IMG/VR virus record: IMGVR_UViG_3300023266_000001
Span: 1 to 53,166 of that record
Direction: 5' to 3' (one strand)
Length of the DNA stretch: 53,166 nucleotides
From: a virus
Lineage: Duplodnaviria > Caudoviricetes
Of this stretch, positions 17,518 through 25,590 are shown piece after piece. The position numbers and the translations under genes are program-made. Position 1 is the first letter of the stretch. Each line of letters starts with the position of its first letter. The notes under the pieces were generated by a model, which saw only the letters and a list, made by a program, of their open reading frames with translations, searched no databases and had not been told where the DNA came from.

Positions 17518-18260
17518 TTCGCAGCCCTCTTCTTGTTGAGAGCGGCGATGGCGCGCGGGAAATCCTTGGTCGTGATGTCGGCGAAGCCTCCCACCTTAAA
17601 ATAGCGGCAGAACGCTTCCTTGTCGGCGCCTACTTCATCGGCAAGAGCAACCAGCTCCTCGACCTGCTCCAGGGTGATCGCGTCGGCAGCGTCTGCATGC
17701 TTCCCGTCATCGTCATTCGACACAGCCAGCCCAAGCGCGGCCTTGAGCGTCATCCGCTGCAAGTAGGTTGATGTCGAACCGATCGCCTGAATGCTGTTCT
17801 TGTTGCCGCTGTCATCCCGGCCGGCGCAGAGCGTGTTTTCCTCGAAATGCCCGTCGCGGTGTGATACGATGCAGGTAACGGTCACCGGCTCGTTAGGGAC
17901 CGACGTGGTGCGGTAGCGATAGGAAAGCCCATGCTTCGCCAAGATCGGGCTGACCACGCGGGCGATCTCGCCAAGGTCTTCGTAGCGATAGTTGGTCCGG
18001 CCCTTAGCCGAAGTGAAATCAACTTCCCGGTTCTTGGTGATATTCGGGATTTCAGCCTTCGCCGCCGCAATCGCATTGTCGAACGCCTTGCGGGCTTGGT
18101 TCTTTTCCCACCGCTCTTGGAGCGTCATCAGCTTCTCGACCATTTCGAGGCTGGCGCCGGATTCCACGGCGCGGTTGAGCATCTCCATGGGAGTGACAAC
18201 GGCGAGCGCTCGCGGCTCGTCCTGCGGGATGATTGAAACCTTGTCGAGTGTCTGTGCCAT
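17514..18260 (-). CDS. erf: ERF family single-strand annealing protein
   Basis: YRYEDL...PILAKHGL...H.DGH...QAIGSTSTYLQRMTL.A.LGL...DDDG. Confidence 0.88.
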   Translation of the reverse strand: MAQTLDKVSIIPQDEPRALAVVTPMEMLNRAVESGASLEMVEKLMTLQERWEKNQARKAFDNAIAAAKAEIPNITKNREVDFTSAKGRTNYRYEDLGEIARVVSPILAKHGLSYRYRTTSVPNEPVTVTCIVSHRDGHFEENTLCAGRDDSGNKNSIQAIGSTSTYLQRMTLKAALGLAVSNDDDGKHADAADAITLEQVEELVALADEVGADKEAFCRYFKVGGFADITTKDFPRAIAALNKKRAAK

Positions 18261-18276
18261 CAGATCAGTACCCCAA

Positions 18277-18483
18277 TCACAAAGCTGCCGATAAATGCGG
18301 CGGCAAGTCCGAAATAAAAATCACGCATTTGCTCATCTCCTCGTTCACGCAACGCAACTGTTCTTCGAATTCGTAGTCAGCGCGGATCTGGTCAATGACC
18401 TTGACGCGCTCTGCCGGCGGTAAGGGCCATAGGAGTTGCCATTGGGCGAGCAGGATGTCGGCGAGTTGCTGGCTGGACATCAC
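18277..18483 (-). CDS. Hypothetical protein
   Basis: 68 aa, coupled overlap. Confidence 0.55.
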   Translation of the reverse strand: MMSSQQLADILLAQWQLLWPLPPAERVKVIDQIRADYEFEEQLRCVNEEMSKCVIFISDLPPHLSAAL

Positions 18484-18710
18484 GCCGGCTCCATCTGCAG
18501 GAGCGCCGCCGCCTTGAACTCGTCGGTCACATCACGGTCGCTGCCGATCTCGATGATGCTGGAGAGGCTGACCCGATCTCCGGTCATGAGGTTGCCCCAC
18601 TCACCGCGGGCGAGGTCGCGAATGGTTTCCTCGCGGCCCATGTCCTTGAGGGAACGCTCGGCGACGTAGGGTTCGCGGGCGCCGCAGATAACGAGATAGA
18701 GATTCGACAT
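18480..18710 (-). CDS. Hypothetical protein
   Basis: 76 aa, GGAGAAG RBS. Confidence 0.65.
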   Translation of the reverse strand: MSNLYLVICGAREPYVAERSLKDMGREETIRDLARGEWGNLMTGDRVSLSSIIEIGSDRDVTDEFKAAALLQMEPA

Positions 18711-18737
18711 CTTGCTTCTCCGGGGTATCGGGGTTCG

Positions 18738-19010
18738 TTAGGCGGTGCGCTCGGGTAAATCCCAGCTGTAGAGCGTGTATTCGCGCTCGCCCCATTTGCC
18801 GTTCTTCTTGCGGTAGACGACGATCGGCGTCACGGCGCTATAGTTGACGAGCAGACGAAGAATCTTCGCTTCCTCGCCCTTGCGGTCAGTAATGATCTGA
18901 TCGGGCCTGAAGGGGGATGCTTCAATCTTCGCGTCGCGAAGCCGCTGCTGAAGGTCTCGTAGTTCGCTTTCGGCCGCCTCAACTAGTGTTTCGAGTTCTT
19001 CGACGGTCAT
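18738..19010 (-). CDS. First gene of the leftward early operon, hypothetical
   Basis: GGGAG RBS, directly downstream of PL. Confidence 0.65.
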   Translation of the reverse strand: MTVEELETLVEAAESELRDLQQRLRDAKIEASPFRPDQIITDRKGEEAKILRLLVNYSAVTPIVVYRKKNGKWGEREYTLYSWDLPERTA

Positions 19011-19035
19011 TTGCTTGCTCCCGATCTGATGGGAG

Positions 19036-19088
19036 CATCTAGCCACATAACGTTAGGCCAGTCAATAGGGCTAGCCACAAAAAGTTAG
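19036..19088 (-). promoter_or_regulatory. PL promoter and OL operators
   Basis: TTGACT...GCTAGATG on the minus strand; operators CTAGCCACATAACGTTAG and CTAGCCACAAAAAGTTAG. Confidence 0.7.
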
Positions 19089-19144
19089 CGCCCGGGCAAA
19101 GTATTTTGCTCGACCAACAGAATCATCGGGTTAGGGGAGGGGAA

Positions 19145-19459
19145 CTAGCGGCGGATCGCCCGGATCATACGCATGGCGCTCTCGATCACTTCCGGCGGCT
19201 GACCCCTCAAAAGCTGGTTCGGGGACGGCTCGTCCGGGTGGTGGTAGAGGTCTTCGGCCTGCAGATTGCCGCCCAAAGCCTCTGCAATGGCCTCCAGCGT
19301 GTCTGTACTGACCGCTGTAGCGCGGCGTTCCCATCTGGAAACCGTCATGGCTGTGGTTTCCAGCCTCGCGGCGAGCTGTTCCTGGGTGAGCCCGCGGTGC
19401 TCGCGGTGCTCCGCCAAGAAGATTTTGCGCGGTTTTCTGGGGCCGATTTTTACTGGCAT
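19145..19459 (-). CDS. cI: CI-like XRE repressor (no S24 peptidase domain)
   Basis: HREHRGLTQEQLAARLETTAMTVSRWE; divergent from the cro-like gene; about 104 aa. Confidence 0.75.
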   Translation of the reverse strand: MPVKIGPRKPRKIFLAEHREHRGLTQEQLAARLETTAMTVSRWERRATAVSTDTLEAIAEALGGNLQAEDLYHHPDEPSPNQLLRGQPPEVIESAMRMIRAIRR

Positions 19460-19473
19460 CGCTGGAAACACTA

Positions 19474-19550
19474 CTAACGTATTGTGTTTACGTCACTATT
19501 CCCAAAACGTTAGAGGCTATTGACAACCGCTAACGTTATGTGGCTAGATG
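19474..19550 (+). promoter_or_regulatory. PR promoter and OR operators
   Basis: TTGACA (19520-19525)...GCTAGATG; 19530-19550 is a perfect 21-bp inverted copy of 19036-19056; further CTA-N12-TAG-like sites at 19474 and 19496. Confidence 0.75.
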
Positions 19551-19558
19551 ACGCCGCG

Positions 19559-19795
19559 ATGAACACAAACCCACTCAAAGCCTGGCGCGATCGGCAGAAC
19601 CCCAAAATCTCGCAAGAGAAGTTGGCGGAGATGCTCGGCGTCAAGGCCATGACCGTTTCCCGCTGGGAGCGGGGCGGTCATCTACCAAACAAGAAGCATT
19701 GGCCGGAGATCGAGAGGGCGACTGGCATCGCTCCCTCGGAATTGGTCAAGCATATATTGGTTAAGCAGGTGGAGACGCCGGAGCTTGCTCAATGA
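19559..19795 (+). CDS. cro: Cro-like XRE HTH protein
   Basis: LKAWR...ISQEKLAEMLGVKAMTVSRWERG; recognition helix AMTVSRWE is shared with CI. Confidence 0.75.
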   Translation: MNTNPLKAWRDRQNPKISQEKLAEMLGVKAMTVSRWERGGHLPNKKHWPEIERATGIAPSELVKHILVKQVETPELAQ

Positions 19796-20037
19796 CGCAG
19801 GCTCACCCCATTCCAGATGTGCATGCACGCGACGGCCTTCCCGTCGAGAACGTGACGTGCAGCACGGTTGCTCTGCTCGGCTCCCGTGAGGGAACAAATC
19901 AAATTCAACTGCGCGCCGGCATCGATCACCCAGCCGACGCAGCGCAGCACTCCATTCACTTTGCGGAACGCGCCGAATCCATCGACGTAAACGGGCGGAA
20001 GGCTCGCGGCCTGCAGCAAGAGTTCCTCGTCGCTCAT
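19789..20037 (-). CDS. Antisense hypothetical protein (82 aa)
   Basis: GGGGG RBS; protein-like MSDEELLLQAASLPPVYVDGFGAFRKVNGVLRCVGW. Confidence 0.55.
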   Translation of the reverse strand: MSDEELLLQAASLPPVYVDGFGAFRKVNGVLRCVGWVIDAGAQLNLICSLTGAEQSNRAARHVLDGKAVACMHIWNGVSLRH

Positions 20038-20295
20038 GAATACCCCCGCAACAAACACATGGCGTCCCGGGGGCTACTCTATGTCGGAAACATGACAACG
20101 ACAACGCGGAATCACGCTCTAGCTTCATCACGTTTTTTCGCACGCGATCAATGGTCAAAATTGAACAGCACAGCAACATGCATTGAGTTCGTCGGCGCAC
20201 GGGCCGATGAAGCGGCGACCGTGGGCATCCTCCCCCACCTCCCGGCTGCGGTCGCCGCAATAAATTTCATCCACGTATTGGCGAGAGCATCATGA
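19792..20295 (+). CDS. Bridging ORF coupled to cro and to the next gene
   Basis: ATGA overlaps at both ends; sequence is not family-like. Confidence 0.35.
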   Translation: MTQAHPIPDVHARDGLPVENVTCSTVALLGSREGTNQIQLRAGIDHPADAAQHSIHFAERAESIDVNGRKARGLQQEFLVAHEYPRNKHMASRGLLYVGNMTTTTRNHALASSRFFARDQWSKLNSTATCIEFVGARADEAATVGILPHLPAAVAAINFIHVLARAS

Positions 20296-21155
20296 ACATC
20301 TGGACCGATGAGATGGATTCCGCACTTAAGCAGGGTTACGAGGCTGGCAAGTCCGCCCGTTTGATCGGCGATGAGCTTGGCGTGACGCGCAATTCTGTTC
20401 TTGGTCGCACTTTCAGGCTCGGTCTCTGCAAGTCCTATGGTGACCGGCGCGCTCCAACTACGCGCAAGAGCGTGACGCTCGTTGATATCTTGTCGGAAAG
20501 GAAGATGCTGCCTGACCAGATGGCAGACCGCATTTCTGACCTGCGTGAGATGGGCGCGTCTTGGACGGAGATCGGCGCCGATTTGGGCGTGTCGATGGCG
20601 ACTGCCAGGACCTATGCGAAGCGATTTGGTATCCTTGTTCCGGCGAAGATGATGCCGGTATTTTCTGAAGAGGACTACGCTTATATCATCAAGGCTTGGA
20701 ACGAAAGCATTCCGCTTGAGGATATCGCCGACAAGCTCGGCCGCTCCTTTGGAGCCACTCGACAGAAAGTCCTCAAGCTGCAACGGCTGGGCCGTCTCGG
20801 CACGCGAGACCAAGCAAAGACGCGTCTGTTGAAGCGATACGGCGAAGCCGCGCTTGCTGTTGCGGCAACTCCAGCCGAAGCACTCAAGAAGCTGAGCGAG
20901 GCGAAGCAGATCGCCTTTGCTGCCGCTGTGAATGCATCTCGTGCCGCCAAGCGCAAGCGCTATGACTATGCCCTGACGGTCATGCGCGCCGACATTGCCG
21001 CTGGCAATGATCGTGATGCCGCGGTCTTCGCCTGTCGCGCTGAGGGCGTTACCCTTGAAGAGATCGCGGCGGAATTTGGGGTCACGCGAGAGCGTATCCG
21101 CCAGATTTGCAACACGCATGCTCAGACCATCGCAATTAAGGGTTTGATGTCATGA
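20292..21155 (+). CDS. Multi-HTH protein: GcrA-like N-terminus plus sigma70 region-4-like C-terminus
   Basis: WTDE...GKSARLIGDELGVTRNSVLGRTFRLGL; two internal HTH-like segments; TLEEIAAEFGVTRERIRQI. Confidence 0.75.
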   Translation: MNIWTDEMDSALKQGYEAGKSARLIGDELGVTRNSVLGRTFRLGLCKSYGDRRAPTTRKSVTLVDILSERKMLPDQMADRISDLREMGASWTEIGADLGVSMATARTYAKRFGILVPAKMMPVFSEEDYAYIIKAWNESIPLEDIADKLGRSFGATRQKVLKLQRLGRLGTRDQAKTRLLKRYGEAALAVAATPAEALKKLSEAKQIAFAAAVNASRAAKRKRYDYALTVMRADIAAGNDRDAAVFACRAEGVTLEEIAAEFGVTRERIRQICNTHAQTIAIKGLMS

Positions 21156-21424
21156 CCCACTGGCGGACGAGCCGGGCGACTCCATGCGGGGGCGGTAGGC
21201 AGTCGCCCGGCTCTCCATACGACAGCAAATACGCACTGCCGCAACACTCAATCCTTTCCCCTGGCTCGTCGCTCGAACGCGGCGAGGTCTCGCAGGCGCT
21301 GATTAACGAGCGCGAGCTTCGCGCGTGCCTCGTCTTCCTTACGCTGCTCGGCTTGGCGGCGGTCATCCTCTTTATCGTCGGATGCGGATTTGACGCGTTC
21401 GTTGCGGAGTCGATTCAGGATTAG
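21152..21424 (+). CDS. Bridging ORF with C-terminal hydrophobic segment
   Basis: ATGA-coupled; overlaps an antisense gene. Confidence 0.35.
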   Translation: MTHWRTSRATPCGGGRQSPGSPYDSKYALPQHSILSPGSSLERGEVSQALINERELRACLVFLTLLGLAAVILFIVGCGFDAFVAESIQD

Positions 21425-21457
21425 CGCGGCGTGAAAGCCGATCGTCTCGAAGGCCAT
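21248..21457 (-). CDS. Antisense hypothetical protein (69 aa, charged helical)
   Basis: GGGGA RBS; MAFETIGFHAALILNRLRNER. Confidence 0.5.
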   Translation of the reverse strand: MAFETIGFHAALILNRLRNERVKSASDDKEDDRRQAEQRKEDEARAKLALVNQRLRDLAAFERRARGKD

Positions 21458-21514
21458 CTTAAGTCCCCACAAAAACAAGGCGTTGCGTCATGGGTAAACA
21501 GTGCAGATCAAACG

Positions 21515-21543
21515 TTGTGAGGGCTCACAATTCTGATGTGAGC
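21515..21543. promoter_or_regulatory. Overlapping palindromes of TGTGAG half-sites
   Basis: TTGTGAG-GG-CTCACAA and GCTCACA-N7-TGTGAGC. Confidence 0.5.
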
Positions 21544-21550
21544 AACGAAA

Positions 21551-21913
21551 ATGACTGATGCGGCGATGATGTTGAAAGAACTTTCACTGCCATGGGCGGC
21601 CGGTGAGCGGATGAAAAGCATTCTCGACAGAACATCGAGAGCGGCCCGGCTCAAATATTCCCGCACCTACGAGATTTGGTACGGGAGGGCTCGTCGCATT
21701 GAGCCTGAAGAGATCACGCAAATAGCAGAAGCCCTGCGGCTCAAAAATGAGAAAGCGGCGCGCAATGAACTCCACGACCTCAAGCTACGGCTCACCCGGC
21801 TCGAAGCGTCACTTTCTGCGGGGGATTCGGACTTCTATCGCCCGTCGATTGATCACGCTGGGGACATGGTGCGCCAGCTTGGCGGTAAAAATCGCACCGT
21901 GGCTGGAGGATGA
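21551..21913 (+). CDS. Putative CII-like transcriptional regulator
   Basis: Position downstream of cro; HTH-like LKYSRTYEIWYGRARRI plus coiled coil. Confidence 0.5.
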   Translation: MTDAAMMLKELSLPWAAGERMKSILDRTSRAARLKYSRTYEIWYGRARRIEPEEITQIAEALRLKNEKAARNELHDLKLRLTRLEASLSAGDSDFYRPSIDHAGDMVRQLGGKNRTVAGG

Positions 21914-21916
21914 ATC

Positions 21917-22396
21917 GTGAGGAACAGCGCATCATCGGCATGGGATGATAACCGCACGGACACCCTGAAGGGCCTGTGGTCTTCCGGCCTCTCGGCTGCA
22001 GAGATTGCGGCATCGATGGGATTCACGCGCAATGCCGTCTTGGGGAAAGTCCATCGGCTCGGGATAGGCGGCCGGGCTTGCGACGGCAACAGAGCCTACA
22101 GCCGTCGGACGCCCGAACAAATCGAGGCGACCAAGCGCGACAAGGAGCAACGCAGGCGGGAGCGCCGCCGCGCCTTCAGGGCCACGATCGTAAAGTCCAC
22201 CATCAACCTGGAAGCCCTTCGCTGCGTCGAGGTTGTGCCTCTGCACAAGAGCTTTGCCGACCTCGGCCGCAACGACTGCCGATGGGCATATGGCGACAAT
22301 GCTCCGTACACGTTCTGCGGGAATCCACAGCGTGAAGGCCATAGCTATTGCGGGCCTCACTTCGCGCTAACGCTTAGACGCGGGTGGGGATCGTAA
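21917..22396 (+). CDS. gcrA: GcrA-family cell-cycle regulator homologue
   Basis: WDDNRTDTLKGLWSSGLSAAEIA...TRNAVLGKVHRLG; C-terminal CRWAYGD..FCG...SYCGPH. Confidence 0.9.
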   Translation: MRNSASSAWDDNRTDTLKGLWSSGLSAAEIAASMGFTRNAVLGKVHRLGIGGRACDGNRAYSRRTPEQIEATKRDKEQRRRERRRAFRATIVKSTINLEALRCVEVVPLHKSFADLGRNDCRWAYGDNAPYTFCGNPQREGHSYCGPHFALTLRRGWGS

Positions 22397-22428
22397 CCAC
22401 TGGCACGACCTCTGCAAGGGACTGAACC

Positions 22429-22584
22429 ATGAAAACCATCTCCGCCCAGTACCACGAGACCTTGGCCGCCGCCCGCCGAGCCAAACCCCGCTCTGAGCGG
22501 AAGACAAAACTTGAAGCCAAGCTGGGGAATTTGCTGCTGAGGCAACTTCGTATCGAGGCGCCGAGAAAGCGCAAGGCATCATGA
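22429..22584 (+). CDS. Small basic hypothetical protein (51 aa)
   Basis: AAGGGA RBS, ATGA overlap with the next gene. Confidence 0.55.
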   Translation: MKTISAQYHETLAAARRAKPRSERKTKLEAKLGNLLLRQLRIEAPRKRKAS

Positions 22585-22787
22585 TCGCCAAGCTCGCCTA
22601 CCTGACCACACCCGCGCCCGGCCGTCACATGCTCAACATCCAGCTATTCGGATCGGATGAATTGCTGAGGATTGAGATCGCCAGGCATCACGTCGTGAAC
22701 ATCCTGGTCGATGGCGTCACGACAGTTCTCCGCGAAGATCAGTTTTTGAGCCGCGTTCCATCCACTCCAACAGAGAGCGTAGCATGA
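22581..22787 (+). CDS. Hypothetical protein
   Basis: 68 aa, coupled overlaps. Confidence 0.6.
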   Translation: MIAKLAYLTTPAPGRHMLNIQLFGSDELLRIEIARHHVVNILVDGVTTVLREDQFLSRVPSTPTESVA

Positions 22788-23065
22788 GCGAGCCTAGCAT
22801 AGGACACAACAGCGAGGCTGAATCCGCTGTCACCAAATTCTCAAAAGACCAGCTACGATCCGTCATCGAGCGCATTGAGCGTCTGGAGGAAGAAAAGAAA
22901 ACAATCTCCGACGACGTTCGCGATGTCTATGTCGAGGCCAAGGGCAACGGCTACGACGTGAAGGCGCTGCGCACGATCGTCCGAATGCGCAAGCAGGACG
23001 CCAATGAGCGCGCCGAGCAAGAGACAATTTTAGAGACTTATATGCATGCCATGGGGATGATATGA
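22784..23065 (+). CDS. gapR: GapR (DUF2312) nucleoid-associated protein homologue
   Basis: [49 protein letters not shown]. Confidence 0.92.
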   Translation: MSEPSIGHNSEAESAVTKFSKDQLRSVIERIERLEEEKKTISDDVRDVYVEAKGNGYDVKALRTIVRMRKQDANERAEQETILETYMHAMGMI

Positions 23066-23616
23066 GAGCAGGCGGCGCCCAGAGACTTGCCGAGCAACTA
23101 GCGGATGTCGCGGCGTCTAACGCGCTGATGGCGTATGAAAACTGGCAAAGCGGGATGGAAAGCCCCATCGAGAGGCTTCTGTTTATCGGGATGTACTCGA
23201 TCATCCCGATTCAAGAGGTCGAATTTATGCCGCTCATGAAGTGTGAGGCGACGAGCTCGGACAACATTCATTCGTTACAGGCAGCGCGCATTGCTGAGCA
23301 TGGAACTCTGCGTATTCAGTTGCAGGAGCGTCTTTTAGACTGGCGGGCTGATTTTGTTCTTTCGTGCCCTTCGATAACCAAGAAAAAGGCCATCATCGAG
23401 TGCGACGGTCACGAGTTTCACGAACGGACCAAGGAGCAGGCTGCCCGCGATCGGTCGCGGGATAGGGCCGCTCAGGCAGCTGGCCACATGATGCTCAGAT
23501 ATACGGGCTCGGAAATTTATCGGGATCCGCTCGGATGTGCACGCGCTGCATTGAGATCATACGCCAAGTTCTTTGAGGATGAATGGTTTGAGGGTTTGGG
23601 GCTCGGTGATAAATGA
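23062..23616 (+). CDS. DUF559/Vsr-like PD-(D/E)xK endonuclease
   Basis: ESPIE...RADF...IECDGHEFH...RDRSRD...LRYTGSEI. Confidence 0.8.
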   Translation: MRAGGAQRLAEQLADVAASNALMAYENWQSGMESPIERLLFIGMYSIIPIQEVEFMPLMKCEATSSDNIHSLQAARIAEHGTLRIQLQERLLDWRADFVLSCPSITKKKAIIECDGHEFHERTKEQAARDRSRDRAAQAAGHMMLRYTGSEIYRDPLGCARAALRSYAKFFEDEWFEGLGLGDK

Positions 23617-24176
23617 AGCGGGCATGGATGCCGCTTTACGTCGGAGACTATCTTGGTGACACGGGGCACCTGAGTACTACTTTGCACGGCGCCTATTTGC
23701 TCTTGATGATGCACTATTGGCGCAAGGGCGAGCTCCCAGATGACGATAAGCAGCTTGCAGCCATTACCAAACTTCCCCTGCGGATATGGCAGGACAGCCG
23801 GGAGACGCTGCAGGCGTTTTTCTATGATGGCTGGAAGCACAGGCGGATTGATACCGAGCTCGCCAAGATGGAGAAGGTTTCGTTGCGACGGTCCGAGGCC
23901 GGCTACAAGGGTGGAATTCGCTCTGCAATGGGTCGTATGAGGTTGGAAGATGCGTCAGTTCGTCCAAGCAATAGGCAACCAATTGCCAAGCAATTGCATG
24001 ACCAGTCAGCACCAAGCATTACAAGCAATTGCTCCGATTTTGCTCAAGCCGAGCTCGACCACTCACACTCACATAAGAATCTTACTTCTTCTTCTGTAGC
24101 TGTTGAAAGAGGGCTCTCCAACAAACCCGTTGTGAGTTCCGAGGCTATCGCTGCGTTATCGAGGAGGAAACATTGA
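23613..24176 (+). CDS. DUF1376 (YdaU-like) replication initiator
   Basis: WMPLYVGDYLGDTGHLS...HGAYLLLMMHYW..G.LPDDD. Confidence 0.85.
   Translation: MKRAWMPLYVGDYLGDTGHLSTTLHGAYLLLMMHYWRKGELPDDDKQLAAITKLPLRIWQDSRETLQAFFYDGWKHRRIDTELAKMEKVSLRRSEAGYKGGIRSAMGRMRLEDASVRPSNRQPIAKQLHDQSAPSITSNCSDFAQAELDHSHSHKNLTSSSVAVERGLSNKPVVSSEAIAALSRRKH
23964..24050. repeat. Iteron-like repeats (probable replication origin)
   Basis: CAAGCAAT-type repeats at 23965, 23987, 24013, 24022 and a partial one at 24045, inside the initiator gene as in lambda O. Confidence 0.6.
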
Positions 24177-24400
24177 TCCGCGACCCCTCAGACGGCTCGG
24201 TGCAGGACAAGAGCGGATGGTGTTGCGGCACGCCTGAAAAGCCCTACTGCGACTGCAAGGCTGTGATCGACCCCACCACCTCCGGCCTCCAGACCGGCAG
24301 CAGCAAGCCTGAGAACCTCGCCAGGCTGGATAAATCGCGGGAGTGGATCAGGGATTATCGCGCTGGGAAATTCGAGCAGACGGACGGAGAGCGACAGTGA
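24173..24400 (+). CDS. Hypothetical protein
   Basis: 75 aa, coupled overlaps, GAGGAGG RBS. Confidence 0.6.
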   Translation: MIRDPSDGSVQDKSGWCCGTPEKPYCDCKAVIDPTTSGLQTGSSKPENLARLDKSREWIRDYRAGKFEQTDGERQ

Positions 24401-24738
24401 AGCAATACCACGGCGGCAACCGCGGCCTTCGGGTTGGTGAATTCATTTTGCCGCCTCGGGTGACCGGGAAAAACTGCACGTCCGATATAATCGCCAATCA
24501 GGTGCATCGGCGCGATCGGGTTTACATCACGCCGGACATGGCCGCGGCCTCCATGTATGCCTCTGTGCACGAGCGGCCGACCGTTTATGAGGTTATGCCG
24601 GTGGGAGATCTTGAGCCGGATCCAGACTGTTTCTGCCCCGGACTATCATCCGCCTGCTCGCGAGCAAAAATCGTCGCGGTCCACAAGGTGCCGGGCAAGG
24701 TCATCAAGAAAGCAAGGTCTGCTTTGCTTAACCATTAA
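24397..24738 (+). CDS. Arr-like ADP-ribosyltransferase
   Basis: YHGG..GLRVGEFILP, VYIT, A.MYA, VYEVMPVGDLEPDPD. Confidence 0.7.
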   Translation: MKQYHGGNRGLRVGEFILPPRVTGKNCTSDIIANQVHRRDRVYITPDMAAASMYASVHERPTVYEVMPVGDLEPDPDCFCPGLSSACSRAKIVAVHKVPGKVIKKARSALLNH

Positions 24739-24748
24739 GGAACCTAAC

Positions 24749-25330
24749 ATGCCCGAGGCCTCAATGAGAAATCCGCGCAAGATCGGCATTCCGGCGACGG
24801 TCAAGGGAAAGCCGAATCCGGCCTATCCGTCGATCGAGATCCATGGATCTCCGACACCTGAGCGGCTGCGGATGGCCGGCGGAAACTTCGCTCTCGGCGG
24901 GGAAGACCGAGGCATCAAGACCTATACCATGCGAGACAGCCCGTTGGACCGCGCCCATAAAAAGGGAATAATCACCGGCGCCGAGCATTCTGCGCTCCAG
25001 AAATACCGCCATCACTGGTATCATGCTGGCCAGGCCCCCACGATCAGCTCGCTTGATCTCGACCGGATATTCTCAGGAGGCGAAGGCGGCCCCGCAGGGA
25101 TGCCCAAGAGCGAGGGGCAGGTATTCCATCGTCAGCGCTGGCGGGAGGCTCAGCAGTGCCTTGGAATGCGATCCAGCGCCGTTGTGGATCGGTTCGTGTG
25201 TCAGGAAGAGAACCTGGAGCTGTGCGGGAACCTGATCGGCTGGACGAACAAACCGCAGGCAATTGCGGGAGCGGCTGAACTGGTGAAGGATGCCGGATAT
25301 CGGTTGGCAAAGCTGTGGGGGATCGGATGA
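24749..25330 (+). CDS. Putative late-gene regulator/antiterminator
   Basis: Near the end of the early-right operon, just before the late promoter; helical HTH-like C-terminus. Confidence 0.5.
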   Translation: MPEASMRNPRKIGIPATVKGKPNPAYPSIEIHGSPTPERLRMAGGNFALGGEDRGIKTYTMRDSPLDRAHKKGIITGAEHSALQKYRHHWYHAGQAPTISSLDLDRIFSGGEGGPAGMPKSEGQVFHRQRWREAQQCLGMRSSAVVDRFVCQEENLELCGNLIGWTNKPQAIAGAAELVKDAGYRLAKLWGIG

Positions 25331-25578
25331 GCGATATTGAGGTAAATGCCACCGAAACGGGCGTTCTGTTATCTATAGGGTCTGGACTAGTCATTTCGAA
25401 TTCGAACTTGACGGCGACCTGCCTCGATTTTGGCCCGGTCAAGGTTTACCCCGATGGCCGAGTAGAGCGAACGAGCAAATTCACGACCGACGAAGAAGCA
25501 GCCAAGTCGTTCTGGAAGGCTGTTGAAATGTACATGCCGCTTGACAGTAAAACCAAATCACCCCCTTATGGGGCATGA
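25327..25578 (+). CDS. Hypothetical protein
   Basis: ATGA overlap, 83 aa. Confidence 0.55.
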   Translation: MSDIEVNATETGVLLSIGSGLVISNSNLTATCLDFGPVKVYPDGRVERTSKFTTDEEAAKSFWKAVEMYMPLDSKTKSPPYGA

Positions 25579-25590
25579 TCACGATTTGCG
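25541..25590 (+). promoter_or_regulatory. Candidate late promoter
   Basis: TTGACA at 25541; -10 unclear; CAAATC...GATTTG dyad; followed by the IS-interrupted terminator. Confidence 0.4.

Noticed and set aside
20148-21119. 323-aa minus-strand ORF
   Set aside because: Antisense shadow of the multi-HTH gene; no RBS or motif. The same applies to long antisense ORFs over the portal, capsid, nozzle and ejection genes
21513-21532. Resemblance to the symmetric lac operator (17/20 positions)
   Set aside because: No LacI or vector sequence nearby; treated as a native palindrome
23964-24050. CRISPR-like short repeats
   Set aside because: Repeats of 8-12 bp with irregular spacing inside a CDS and no cas genes; fits iterons
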